Part shown: in pieces, positions 50,036 through 62,392 of the stretch | Position numbering within the stretch: position 1 is the stretch's first letter | How the letters are laid out: each line of letters opens with the position of its first letter | Assembly: GCF_006345805.1 (NCBI RefSeq) | Contig: NC_043006.1 | Span: 38,130,001 to 38,194,000, forward strand | Reading direction: 5' to 3' | DNA length: 64,000 bases | Source: Octopus sinensis | Lineage: Eukaryota | Notes under the pieces: generated by a model | The model's input: the letters and a program-made list of their open reading frames with translations, nothing else | Told to the model about the DNA's origin: nothing | Database searches by the model: none | Made by a program: the position numbers and the translations under genes

Positions 50036-52866
50036 AATGAACGAAATAATCATATTCAGATCGTATAGCTTAGTTGTTATTTGTAGCTGTGGTATAACCA
50101 AGAAGAAGTTCCTTCGTTGGGTCGTTCAAAATTACGTTTCTGTTGAAACACTATAAATCATTTCTCTAGAACAAAAATAAATCTCAGTAAAAATTTAATG
50201 TACTACAATCTACTCAACACTTTCATGACCGTCACCACGCTTCAATAACCATATATCTCTCACATCCTGCTAGCCTCTATATTTACTTCCGACGTTTGTC
50301 GTCTGCTTCCGACATTTATCGTCTGATTAGTGTTAGTCTACTCCCGTAAAAAGCATGACCTTTGCTCTTTACTGGTGCTGCCCTTTAGCGCCATTTTAAA
50401 ATCTACTAAAGTGAAGTAAAACTACACTGCTGGCTTTAAAAGCAAGTGTAATGTTGTAGAAACTATGTATTTCAGGCATCCATTACTTCTGTGACCCTGA
50501 AGTGGCTATTATCTAGCAATATACATAGGAAGATGTCAGAATGAATACCGCATGACAGCTGAAGCAACCATTGAAAAAGAAGGAGTATACTAACTAAAGT
50601 ATCTAATCTCTTTCGGTGGATAATGCATACATGGTTTCTAAACCTATTATGAATCCACAATCGATTAAGCATTGAGTGACTGCATTTCTAGTATTACAAT
50701 ATTGATGTATTTTGACTCTTTTTCTGTTTTAAGTTGTTTCATTCACCGGTCAGCGACCGTACTGAAGCACCACCTGGAAGGATGTAGTGTGTATCTATCC
50801 CCGTTTGTCACAGATTCATTATCCCTAATCCGAGATAAAATTGTACGCTTAATTGTGAATCGTGTTTCGCTTATCACGAATTGATCTGTGATAACATGGG
50901 TCGGTGGCTGTTAGTCAAAGAATCTGGTCGGACCATGCAAAAACGCGTCCCAGCGACAATGGTCAGCTACCTAGAATGTACTGAATATCACCCGTGTTTA
51001 TATCACCGTGCTACGAGGCAGTGTATGTTTCATAAGGTTTTACGTAAGATATCCATCCATCAACATGCCACCAGTGAACTAAAGAAAAAAATTATTCAGT
51101 TATCATTGATTCATTTAACACATTTTTGTTTGTTTTTTAACCCCAAAGCCATGGGAACAGATGTACTTATTTCAAAATCTGAGCTAAATTACAGACATAA
51201 CTCAGATATCGTTTCTTTCCTCCCTCTTTGTCAACGGTGTCAAAATAAAACTATAGAGACAAACACATTCAAATAGGCAAGCAAGCGCATCTGTGTGTGT
51301 ACATACACACATACACACACAGATGCCTACATTCATACATACATATATATATAAATGTGCGTGCACGCAGCGGGCTTCTGTACAGATTTCGTTTTACCAA
51401 TTTTACTAAAAAAAAAAAAACATTGGTCTGCCTAAAAAGATACCATGCAATAGAACTGAACCTGAAATCTTATAGTGGTGAAGTGAAAAGCCTTAACCAC
51501 ACAGCCATGAAATCGTAGTAAATTGGGTGCATACCCGGGTATACTATTAGTACAGCCAAGACAAGTACAGGTATACCAAATACTAACAACATAAACCCCT
51601 GTTTTATTAGAATTATCTTCGCCTCTAAAGGATGCATCATAAATATCAAATGGCAATTAAGACCAGTTCCACTTGAGAAGAGAAGATAATTTCAAGATTC
51701 AAAAAGTCTCCAAAGCTAATGCGCCTAAATTTAGGAGAACAGTCAAGGCGGATAGTTTTGCCTCGAAAGTTGTCATGAGCGCTACAGTTGTTCGACCTTA
51801 TCGCCAGTTATCAAGGGACTAAGACTTATAGAAAAAAGAGTAGAAAGGGCATTGGCAACTTGTATAAAAGAAAATAAGCTAAGGGAAATAACTCAGAGTT
51901 GGTACCAGCACGTATTTGAACTATAGACAAATATAGGTGCATCAAATACCATACAACATAAATCCATGGTTTATTGAAATTATCTGTACTTGTAGAGGAT
52001 GTATTATAATTACAAAATGGCAACTGAAGTCAATTTCACTTGATGATGGGAAGTAATCACAAGGTTCAAGTATTCTCCAAAGTGGAAAGTAAAGTAAGAA
52101 ACAGCAAGCGTGGGAGATATCTAGTACATTATCAACCAGCTGCTGTTGCTGTTGTTGTTCTTCTTGTTGTATAGCCCCAGACCAGTCCACTTAGCAAGGG
52201 GTAAGTATTATGATCTCAAACCGAGTAACCAGCCTTATGAACCCGAGAACTCGAGACAGTCCTGACATCGTAAACGTCTGTAGTTTCTTGGGTTGAGAAA
52301 TATCCATAGCGGCTGACAGCTCTTTTACAAGCATCTTAAAATTGGGAAATTCTGAATAGCAAGATAAAACAAGCAATTTGGTTACATCGTAAAACAACCA
52401 TTTGGGCCACATAAAATTCCTCAAAAAATGCCAGTTATGTTTACTTTTCTTATATTTCCTGAGTTGTCAAAAGTTTCGTCGCATATCTGCGTTCTGGTCA
52501 CTGACACAGTTTCTCTGCATTGGAACAGTGTCAGTGATACGGACGTAGTGCATGTGTGTGTGTGTGTGTGTATATCAATATATAAATATGGAATCAACAG
52601 ATGAGATCGAGAGAATCTCAATATATAAAACACTTTGTAGTGCTCAAATGATTTGAATTTCCACCCCAACATCTTCACCGAGGACCAAGTTATCAGGGTA
52701 AAGAGTGGCTATAAGGGGAATCCAAATGAGCAAATGTGGCGACAATGATTCAAAATAAACAGATGAAAACCTTAGGTTTAAATGTACGAAATATATATAG
52801 ATATATACATGTAAAAAGAGTAGGCAGACTTAAATTTTCCAAATGATTCACATTCAAGTATAAATA

Positions 52867-54159
52867 CGAGGTTTGTCTGTAAAGTAACGGGACTGGATGT
52901 GCCGTGCGAGTTTTAGGCGAGAAAGGCATAAGCGGATTGTGTTATCATCTAACGTGATATAGAGTATATAACTCTAATCTTAACCTTCTGGAACTCTTGT
53001 ATATCTTTTCACATGTTTTTGTTTACATCATTTTTTCAGGTCGTTCAGGTATGACCCTCGAGGAACAAACGATGAACACCGAGTAACGAACAAACCTTAG
53101 ATTTTTGGTCGAGGCGAGGAAAACGTCGTTACAAGCAGCTGAAATGCTTTGGCAAGTGTACGGAGGATAACACCATGTCGTGCACACAGGTGTATTTGAG
53201 TAGCACAATATGTTCAAATAGGGGCGTGAGGAGGTGAAAGAGAGAGAGAGAGAGACCATCAACAAGCAGGACTGAGGTCAACGTTGAGCGGATAAGGCCA
53301 GTGGTGCGTGGCGATCGTCGGTTGACTGTTCGAATGATCGCATGGAAAAGTACAGCGTTTGGAAGATTATCACTGAAGATTCGGGCGTGCGGAAAGTCTG
53401 AGCAAAAATTATACCAAGACAGAAGGAGCATCACATGCAGGTGTGTCAGGACATCAGCGAACGTCTTCAAACTGAACCAGATTTGCTTCGTAGGGTTATC
53501 ACTAGTGATGAGACATACACTTTTGAGTACGAGCTGGAAACCAAGTGCCAGAACTGTTAGTGAAAGTCTCCAACGTCTCCGAGGCCGAAGGAAGCGAGAC
53601 AGTCAAAGTCAAAAGTCTCAGTCACTTTGATCAGGGTCTTCGATGTGAAAGGCATCGTCTACAGTGAGTTCTCGCCACATGGTCAGACGATGAATCAACA
53701 AATCTACAAAGGGATCCTGCGCCGTTTGCTTCGCTCGTTGGGCGAGAAGAGACACGAGCTGCAGCAGGAGAAATCGCAGCTGCCACACCACGTCGATGCA
53801 GCTGCTCACAACGCCTTGAGCATCCGGGCGTTCCTGGCCGGGAAGAACGTCGCCGTGCATGTACGACCTCCCACTTCAGCTGTCTTTGCTTCGTACGACT
53901 TTTTTCTTTTCCCCAAGCTAAAGAGATCATCAAAGGAACCTGTTTTGAAGGCGTGGAGGTCATCAAGAGGGCTGTAACGACGAAGCTGAGGGTCATTCCA
54001 GACGAATCCTTCCAGCAGTGCATAAAAGCGTGGCAGAGAAGGATGAAAAAGTGCGTTAAACTCGCGGGGAATTACTCTGAAAGAGAAACCATTTAGAATT
54101 TGTTGCTTGAAATTGAAATAAATTGGTTGAGATATCAGTCCCGTTACTTGTCAGGCAGA

Positions 54160-54163
<4 letters not shown>
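52867..54163 (+). mobile_element. Full-length mariner (DD34D-type) element with decayed transposase (ATG 53051 to TAG 54096)
   Basis: TIRs TA|cgaggtttgtctgtaaagtaacgggactg and cagtcccgttacttgtcaggcagaccg followed by (AT)n. Peptides GDRRLTVRMIA, RKV*AKIIPR, RVITSDETY.FEYE.ETK.Q, FDVKGIVYSEF, YDFFLFPKLK. Stops, frameshifts, a (GA)n insertion, and HDNA changed to HVDA. Confidence 0.9.
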
Positions 54164-54226
<63 letters not shown>

Positions 54227-54649
54227 TTGAGCAAACTTACTCAGATTACACAGACAATGTTATCTGTAGAAATAACTTAAAAGTGATATGTATAAATATA
54301 TCTGATAACAATATCCTTGTTTCTCCAAGACGCTAGGATGCGACTTGAGAAAAGCATGGCGACCATTTCTAACAGTTCTAATAAGAACCACGAAGTATTT
54401 TCCTTACTTAGGTACCACATCCTTCACCAAATTTCCAAAAATTCATTTTAAACATTACAAAAATACAAACAATTTCACAAACAATTCTTAAATTTTCTCC
54501 TTTTATATTAGCAACCATTTCCATATTCTTGTAACGCTCAAGAAAGTTCAGGAAACACACAAGTCAGAGATTTACTTCAAAAGAACAAAGTAGAATCTTT
54601 ATTCTTCCATGGTTGGAACTTGTTTTTTCTTTATAATTATTTACTTTTA

Positions 54650-55069
54650 CAATTTCTATTTTCTCTCTCTCTTTCCATTTCTCTCTCTTTTTCTCCTTCT
54701 CTCTCTTTTTCTTTCTCTCTTTCTCTCTTAGATTTTTTTCTTAACTTTTGTCTTCATATTTCTTAATATTTCCTTCACCATGTTCTTTTTTAATCCTCTT
54801 GTCTGTGTTTTTTAAAATTTAATTTTATCTATTTATTTATTTTACATTTTAATTTTCCTTTTCGCTTTTCTGAAATCAAAAAGAAAGTTTGAATGAATTC
54901 AATCCTTTCCAGCTTTTTTCTTTCTTTCTTTCTTTCTTTCTTTGACTTCTTATTCCCACCTTCCTTCACATCAACAGATTCTTATTATCTCTTTCATTTT
55001 TTTTTGCTACGTTCCACTTTACTTTCACACTTGCCTTTCTTCTTTCCTTTCTTTTTCCTTCCTTCCTTT

Positions 55070-55105
<36 letters not shown>

Positions 55106-55241
55106 TTCTTCTTCATCTTCCTTCTTTCCTTTCCTTAAGACTTTCATTTTTCTACTGTAATCCGTCGTTCAACTCAAGCGCCAATGACAGAAGATTAACG
55201 CAGTACGGAATGACTGTTCTCTGTGGTAAAAACAGAGAGAG

Positions 55242-55281
<40 letters not shown>

Positions 55282-55290
55282 CAGACAGAC
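54650..55290. repeat. Polypyrimidine (CT/CTTT)n tracts followed by (GA)n
   Basis: Directly visible. Confidence 0.9.
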
Positions 55291-55454
55291 AGATATATAG
55301 ACAGAGTAAAAGTCAGGTGAGCAACATTTGTCACAATGATGTTAAGATAGCATATGTATAAATCAAATGACAAACAAGTGAGCACAAGTTTGCGAGTCTG
55401 TGAGCGTTTGTAAGTGAAATCTTCTTTAATTGTTCTTTTTTTTTTTTCGACTTT

Positions 55455-55749
55455 TTATGGTGTGGTCGTCGTGATGGTGGTGTTGCCTGAAGGGAGTGTG
55501 TGGTGACGGTGGTGGTGGTGGTGGTAGTGGTGGTGGTAGTGGTGGTGGGGGTCATCGTCGCTGGCGTCGTCATTGTCGTCGTGGTTTTTGTCGTTACTGT
55601 CACTCTGATGATAATTACTATCATAGCAGAACATCATTATCACCGCCATTGTCGGGCTTCATTTTCGATTACCCATTAGCATTACAATCACCACCACCAC
55701 CACCACCAACACCACCACCACCAACACCAACACCACCACCACCACCAAC

Positions 55750-55781
<32 letters not shown>

Positions 55782-55930
55782 CAACACCAACACCACCACC
55801 ACCAACATCACCACCTCCACCATCACCATTGTCGTCATTATCATCATCATCATCATCCACATCAACATCAACATAACCACAACTACCATCATCATCATCA
55901 TCATCATCTCTGTAGCCATGATCATCATCA
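55455..55930. repeat. (GGT)n followed by (CCA/CAA/CAT)n low-complexity tracts
   Basis: Directly visible; source of the spurious poly-P/T/V/G ORFs. Confidence 0.9.
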
Positions 55931-56394
55931 GGGTCAATGTATTCGTTGTACTTGACAAAATGCATTTTACTTATTTATTTATTGTATGGTTTGCGAATAT
56001 AAAAGCTCGAAATAGCCCCCCTCCCCCCGAAGGATCTCTGGAGTAACGTCACTCGACAGGGAGTCCACCCAGGTCGAGCCGCTATTTGTCCGTATTCAGC
56101 AGTCACTGCTCCTGTACTAAGGGCATGTGATTAACACGCCCTCCAAAAGGATCGTAAGATGGATCCTTCCAGTAGGGCCAGAGACGGATGGATAATACCC
56201 ATAGTCTCAATTGGTCACGCCTGGGAATTAAGCCGAACATTTTAAGGCCGGTTCTTTTTGATTGAACCCTATGAAAAAGGAAGCAGAGGACTAAGCTCCC
56301 ACGACTGTTGCAGAAATAGGGGTCAAAGAAAATGGAAGGATGAGAATGGAAATCCAAAACAAAAATTCATGAAATTTCAGATAAATTTCATCCA

Positions 56395-56815
56395 AAGGCG
56401 TAGACATGATAGTGTGGTTAAGAGACTCCCTTTGCAATAAGGTGGTTCCAAGTTCAGTCCTACTACACAGAGCCTTGGACAAATACCTTCTACTATAGCC
56501 CCGGTCCTACAAATGCCTTCTACTATAGCCTTGGGCCGACAAATGCCTTAGTGAATGTGTAATGCACAACTGTGGGAGTCCATTGTATGTGTGTGTGTGC
56601 GCGTGTGTGTGTGCGTGTCTGTCTGTGTGTCTGTGTGCATGTCTTCTTGTTTGTGCTTGTCCCCCACCACTTGATCACCGGTGTTGGTTTCTTTACGTCT
56701 TTGTAACTTAGCGGTTCAGCAAAAGAGGCTGGTAGAATAATTACGAGATAAAAAAAAAGAAAACAACATAAGCATAGCTGCAGTCGAATGACTGAAACAA
56801 GTAAAAGATAAAGTA
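56395..56815 (+). mobile_element. SINE family A, diverged, with internal duplication
   Basis: acaaat(a/g)ccttctactatagcc occurs twice; tail gactgaaacaagtaaaagataaag. Confidence 0.75.
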
Positions 56816-57221
56816 TAAAGATATAATTTTTTTACAATTCAGCTCACTAACAAGCTAGTAAGCTAACAAGCTAGCCTACTAGCTATCAGCCAATATTTCC
56901 TACAAAATCATGTCTGGTTTCTGCGGCTGAAGAGAAGCTAACCACTCCGAAATGCATGCATCTCACAGATAGTTAGGTAGCACTGTGAGCTGACTTGGTA
57001 TATTTACACCTATTTACACTACAGCAATAAATTTTCTCTATGACAAAATACAGTGAATGGCTTTTTATTTAGGGGTTCGAATAAACCTGAAGCATATTTG
57101 AACTGGTACGAAGTTTGTATTTATGTACATTACTGCTTAGAGCTGTCACCTCGTATTTTAAGTTTATGATGTCTCATCTGTCAATGTTCATTCACTCAAA
57201 ATATTTATACGCCAAGTGCTA

Positions 57222-57283
57222 GTAAGACTATACTTTTCTGAAGAGTCCTGTTTAAGACTGAAACATGTCCAGAGTGAACTTAC
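57222..57283 (+). ncRNA. Minimal type-I hammerhead ribozyme-like motif in a Penelope-type repeat
   Basis: gtaag..actttt-CTGAAGA-GTC ctgtttaa GAC-T-GAAAC-AT-GTC-cagagt..cttac. Core, stem II, palindromic ACATGT stem III and GUC triplet are present; there is an extra U before GAAA and a 1.1-2.1 mismatch. Confidence 0.55.
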
Positions 57284-57769
57284 AAAGATCAGACTTACTA
57301 CTCACTAAAAGCCCCCATGTAATTTTTAATTCATTTATATTTTGAATTTGTCTCCATTATTTATTTTTTAAATCTATTTGTTTGTTTATCTATTTACTTA
57401 TTTACTGAATGAATCGTCGTTTCTCTTCTCTACAGGTGTGAAAAAAATTATTGACAAAACTGTTTTGCATACTATTCTAAGTCTGTTAGCCGCCACCAGT
57501 TGACTGAGTGTTTGTATGTACGTATACAAGTATGCATGCATATATGAATGTATGTTCGTGTGTGTCTATGTACGTATCATGTATGTTTATATGTAAGTAG
57601 GTTATGATTGTGTGTATGTGTGTGTGTGTGTGTGTGCGTGTATAGAAAAGGACCTTATATTATGTATGCTTAACACCCTCCAGTTAACTGTATGTTTGTG
57701 TATGTATACATACATGTGTGTACGTACGTATACCAGATGTATATTATGAATGTATTTATAGTTATATAG

Positions 57770-58166
57770 TTATAGGAGTGGCTGTGTGGTAAGGAGCTTG
57801 CTTACCAACCACACGGTTCCGGGTTCAGTCCCACTGCGTGGCACCTTGGGCAAGTGTCTTCTACTATAGCCTCGGGCCGACCAAAGCCTTGTGAGTGGAT
57901 TTGGTAGACGGAAACTGAAAGAAGCCTGTCGTTTATATGTATATATATATGTATGTGTGTGTGTTTGTGTGTCTGTGTTTGTCCCCACCAAAATCGCATG
58001 ACAACCGATGCTGGTGTGTTTAAGTCCCCGTAACTTAGCGGTTCGGCAAAATAGACCGATAGAATAAGTACTGGGCTTACAAAGAATAAGTCCCGGGGTC
58101 GATTTGCTCGACTAAAGGCGGTGATCCAGCATGGCCGCAGTCAAATGACTGAAACAAGTAAAAGAG
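57770..58166 (+). mobile_element. SINE family A, full length, flanked by a 41-bp direct repeat
   Basis: tataccagatgtatattatgaatgtatttatagttatatag at 57729-57769 and 58167-58207. Confidence 0.9.
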
Positions 58167-58844
58167 TATACCAGATGTATATTATGAATGTATTTATAGT
58201 TATATAGATGTATGTAGGTTATCATTGTATGTATGTACGCATGTATGCATGTATGCATGCATGTATGTATTCATGTATGTATAGGCACACACACAAGCCC
58301 ACAGTTACACCACCGTGACGCTTTATCCCTCGTGTACCCTATCAGTCATCTTGCATTAATACAGACGAGTATCTAGGTGTATGAGTGAGAGAACGAGTGC
58401 GTGTGTATGTGTGGTATGTGTGTGTGCGTGCATGTGTATGTTTGTGTGTGTGTGTATTAATCCTTTGCCAAATCCCAAGAGATGGGGGCTTATCTCCAAT
58501 TTCTGTAATTCGACGACTTTACAACAGATGAAAGATAAATCTTTACTTGGAATATGGCTCCTAATCCTACGCGGGAAAGCTATGGAGGCAGCAGCTGTAA
58601 CTGAACAGAACACACCTGATACCCCTGCTCGCTAAATTGTGAGACAAGCAACAAAATGGTCCCGCATAGACTCAACTATATACCCGAAACATTATGATAG
58701 CAATTTATGCAGCCACTGTTGGCGTTTGTGTACTAGTTGTCACTGTTGCGGTGTTGGTAGTAGTGGAAGATTCTTTCAGCAGTCACTTTCTGTTTGCTAT
58801 TGTTGTTGTTGGGGCAAAAGCTTTTAGGGTGATCGGTAGTACCA

Positions 58845-59025
58845 CGGCTGCCGTTACGTTGTGAGTTCAAATTCCGCCGAGGTCGACTTTGCCTTTCATC
58901 CTTTCGGGGTCGATAAATTAAGTACCAGTTACGCACTGAGGTCGATGTAATCGACTTGATCCGTTTGTCTGTCCTTGCTTGTCCCCTCTGTGTTTGGCCC
59001 CTTGTGGGTAGTAAAGAAATAGGTA
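58845..59025 (+). mobile_element. SINE family B, young
   Basis: Near-consensus. ggtagtaccacggctg appears on both sides (58835-58850 and 59022-59037), TSD-like. Confidence 0.85.
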
Positions 59026-59339
59026 GTACCACGGCTGTGGCATCTAGGTCACTTACCGCTGATTTCAAATTGCAAGTGCTACCCTCCTGAGATTTTTATT
59101 TGGTCGGGTATCCTCTCGGGCATCTCAGGTTTCACCCGAATCGAGACCTTCAACCCTATCCCAAACCAATTTCTTCTCTTTCTCTCTTTCTCTCTCTCCC
59201 TCACCTTCTGGAAGAGAAATCGGCTGTAGTCAAAGGTGCAGAACGATGGGCTCTACTTGGTTTAGGTCACAACAGGAATAATCTGAAGTTGAAGGCCCAG
59301 AATATGTATGTATGTATGTATGTATGTATGTTTATGTCA

Positions 59340-59715
59340 GGTCACTTTCGAGTGCTACTGGTAACATGTAACCCAGTACAACCTATTGCATGGTCGGGTC
59401 GTCGGCGACTAAACTGGCAACCCCACCAAGCTTGCTTGGTGAGAAGGGTGTTTAGTGGACACCCTGCGGGATGAAAAACAAAACCCGTCAAAGGGCGGAG
59501 GAACTCTTGAGAGTCAACGGCCATCCGATAAATGTCTTAAGGCTGTATCATGCGCGGGCACATAGAAATAATCGGACTGAATACCCGATCGTGCGGTTAA
59601 ACCATTGGGAGTGAAGGACTCCTAGCCTTTGTTAGGGCATCCTTCTAGGAGAAGGTAACTCAGGAAACTGGGATAACTCCGACATAAAACCTGCGGCTCA
59701 GTGGTTACCGATGAT
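59340..59715 (+). mobile_element. Probable RTE-like LINE 5'UTR fragment; older homolog at ~23060-23215
   Basis: ggtaacatgtaacccagtacaacc...aaacaaaacccgtcaaagggcgga is shared with ggtaacatgggatccagtacaact...aaacaaaacctgtcaaaaggacgga. ttagggcatccttctaggagaagg resembles RTE leaders. Confidence 0.4.
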
Positions 59716-59964
59716 GTTGACTTGTTCTTCTTTTCGGATTATGGCTGCTGTTGCTTAGTGAGTGGGATTGACTCAGTGCACAGCCTTTCCTCACTTTAAA
59801 AAAAATCTTCTTGCACAGGCATTGCACGATAACAACATTGATTAAGCTTCGTGCAATGGCCATACTCGATAACGAGGGGGCAGCCACCATGTATGTATGT
59901 ATGTATGTGTGTATGTATGTATGCATGCATGCATGTATGTATGCGTATATATATATATATATAT

Positions 59965-59995
<31 letters not shown>

Positions 59996-60062
59996 ATTTT
60001 TGTTTTTCTATATATATCACTATTCTTTACTGGAAAGCAATACTCTCGTATTGCATTACTAT

Positions 60063-60089
<27 letters not shown>

Positions 60090-60103
<14 letters not shown>

Positions 60104-60468
60104 GCAGTTTGTCTGTGCGTGTTTCTGTGTGTCTGTTTGCTTGTACCCTCATCCTCACCACGGCTTTCAACCGATTCTAATGAAACTTGACACACACATA
60201 GCCCAATGTCATAATTCAAAACTAACGCAGCGAAAATTTTGAAAAGTTCCCCCAGTTCTGAAAAAAATCGATAAATTCGACATGGGGTCGAGAATCAGGA
60301 ACACAAACCACAAACTGTGTAGGGGACGCAACTCCACCTTTTTAACTATCAAAAAAAATTTACCATCATTTTTTTCCATTTTTTTGCTACTTTTTGGCTA
60401 TAACTCTCTAAAAATGCTTTATAGTTATTTCCCTTACAAACCTGAGCAACGCCGGGCGATACTGCTAG
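60090..60468 (+). mobile_element. Non-autonomous Helitron-like element
   Basis: 3' cctgagcaacgccgggcgatactgCTAG|T, same terminus as 44445. Confidence 0.6.
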
Positions 60469-60486
60469 TATATATATATATATATA

Positions 60487-60900
60487 CTCTCTTTACTCTT
60501 TTACTTGTTTCAGTCATTTGACTGCGGCCATGCTGGAGCACCGCCTTTAATCGAGCAACTCGACCCCGGGACTTATTCTTTTGTAAGCCCAGTACTTATT
60601 CTATCAGTTTCTTTTGCCGAACCGCTAAGTAACGGGGACATAAACACACCAGCATCGGTTGTCAAGCAATGCTAGGGAGACAAACACAGACACACAAACA
60701 CACACACACGCATATATATATATATATACATATATACGACGGGCTTCTTTCAGTTTCCGTCTACCAAATCCGCTCACAAGGCTTTGGTCGGCCCGAGGCC
60801 ATAGTAGAAGACACTTGCCCAAGGTGCCACGCAGTGGGACTGAACCCGGAACCATGTGGTTGGTAAACAAGCTACTTACCACACAGCCACTCATGCGCCT
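60487..60900 (-). mobile_element. SINE family A, full length, young
   Basis: Near-identical to 10314-10706 and to the reverse complement of 8824-9228. Confidence 0.9.
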
Positions 60901-60967
60901 ATATATATATATATATTATATTATATATATATATATATATTATATATATTATATATATATATATATT

Positions 60968-61041
<74 letters not shown>

Positions 61042-61049
61042 ATATATAT

Positions 61050-61109
<60 letters not shown>

Positions 61110-61120
61110 ATATATATATA
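60900..61120. repeat. (AT)n microsatellite
   Basis: Directly visible. Confidence 0.95.
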
Positions 61121-61204
61121 GTTAATCCAAACAAGAAAACACAGAAAAAAAGAGAATAAAAAACGAAAAAAAAAACACAGCAACGCAGGACGTGGAACAA
61201 ATAT

Positions 61205-61320
61205 AGTATTATTGGACGCTCAGGAAAGAAGGGAAGGAGGGTTCAACGTTTCGAGCGGAGCTCTTCGTCGGAAACAAGGAGAAGGAAAGATCCCAAGAAG
61301 GGAAGACAGAGGAAAAAATA
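61205..61320 (-). mobile_element. Penelope-type terminal-repeat fragment with hammerhead-like core
   Basis: Minus strand: gttt-CCGACGA-A-GAG ctccg CTC-GAAACGTT-gaac...ttcctgagcgtccaataatac. Confidence 0.5.
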
Positions 61321-61590
61321 TTTGAGCTGGTGGTGCTCAAGAGATCACATGTTGAAAGATATTGCGATTTGCAGCCTGGCGGTGTACTGTGCCCATGAGC
61401 AAAACACTTCATTTCACATTGCTCCAGTCCATTCTGTTATAAATGCCTTATCAAACGACAGATTGGCGTCCGGATCAGGACTAATGTTGTCACCCCGCCT
61501 AGCAAACGGGGTGACATCATTCGAAAGCTACCGCGTTGTGAGGAAGCACATTCTGACCAGCGGTCTAAGAGAACATCCAATGGTTGGTTG

Positions 61591-61599
61591 ATGCAGTAA

Positions 61600-61675
<76 letters not shown>

Positions 61676-61676
61676 A

Positions 61677-61755
<79 letters not shown>
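61591..61755. repeat. (ATCT)n microsatellite
   Basis: Directly visible, about 40 units. Confidence 0.95.
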
Positions 61756-61760
61756 CATCC

Positions 61761-62392
61761 TTCAAACGGGAAGGAAGAGCTAATTTTATCATACTTGTGG
61801 CTATGGCGAAAGAATGTATCTGGTGGACGCGCCTGAAAGGATTAGAGACAAACACTTTCCTCTCTGGTCAATCTCTCATCAACTTCTTCAAGTATCACTT
61901 GAAGATGAAAGTGAGAGCAGAGAGGCAAGTGTTGTCTAGTGAATGTTTTAAAAAAAGATGTGTGAATGTAGCAAGGATGGCACGTATGAATGACGAAGCC
62001 ACCTTGACTATGATCCTATGAACCGTAGAAATTAATACAGAGAGTTGCTTATTTGTAAAAAAGAAAATATATATAACATGTGACTTCATTGACCGAGGTT
62101 AACGTGGTCTTTTCCGTAGGCTTTTCTTTCCACGGGTAAACCTCACCTGTCCTCTCTATTACACTTTATATTGACATTTCTGTGATAACGATCCCTATTG
62201 ACCATTTTTTTTCCTTTCCCCTTTTTCCTCCCCCTTTTTTTTTCAATTTTATCCCCCTCTTTTTTTGTCCTCTTTCTTTCCTTTTACGATCCCTTTTGAT
62301 CGAAAACCAAACCCCCTTTTTTACCCCCAAAAGAAAAGCTCTACCTTGTAATTTGTCCTGTCTTTGTGCAGCCCTGTGTGGCTTATAAAGAA
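61761..62392 (+). mobile_element. L1/Tx1-like LINE 3' end (ORF2 tail + 3'UTR)
   Basis: [74 protein letters not shown]...*, a pyrimidine-rich UTR and terminal ataaagaaac. Confidence 0.6.

Noticed and set aside
58381-58827. Consecutive ORFs 58381-58635 and 58639-58827 as a read-through gene
   Set aside because: The first begins in a (GT)n tract; no recognisable domain or splice signals.
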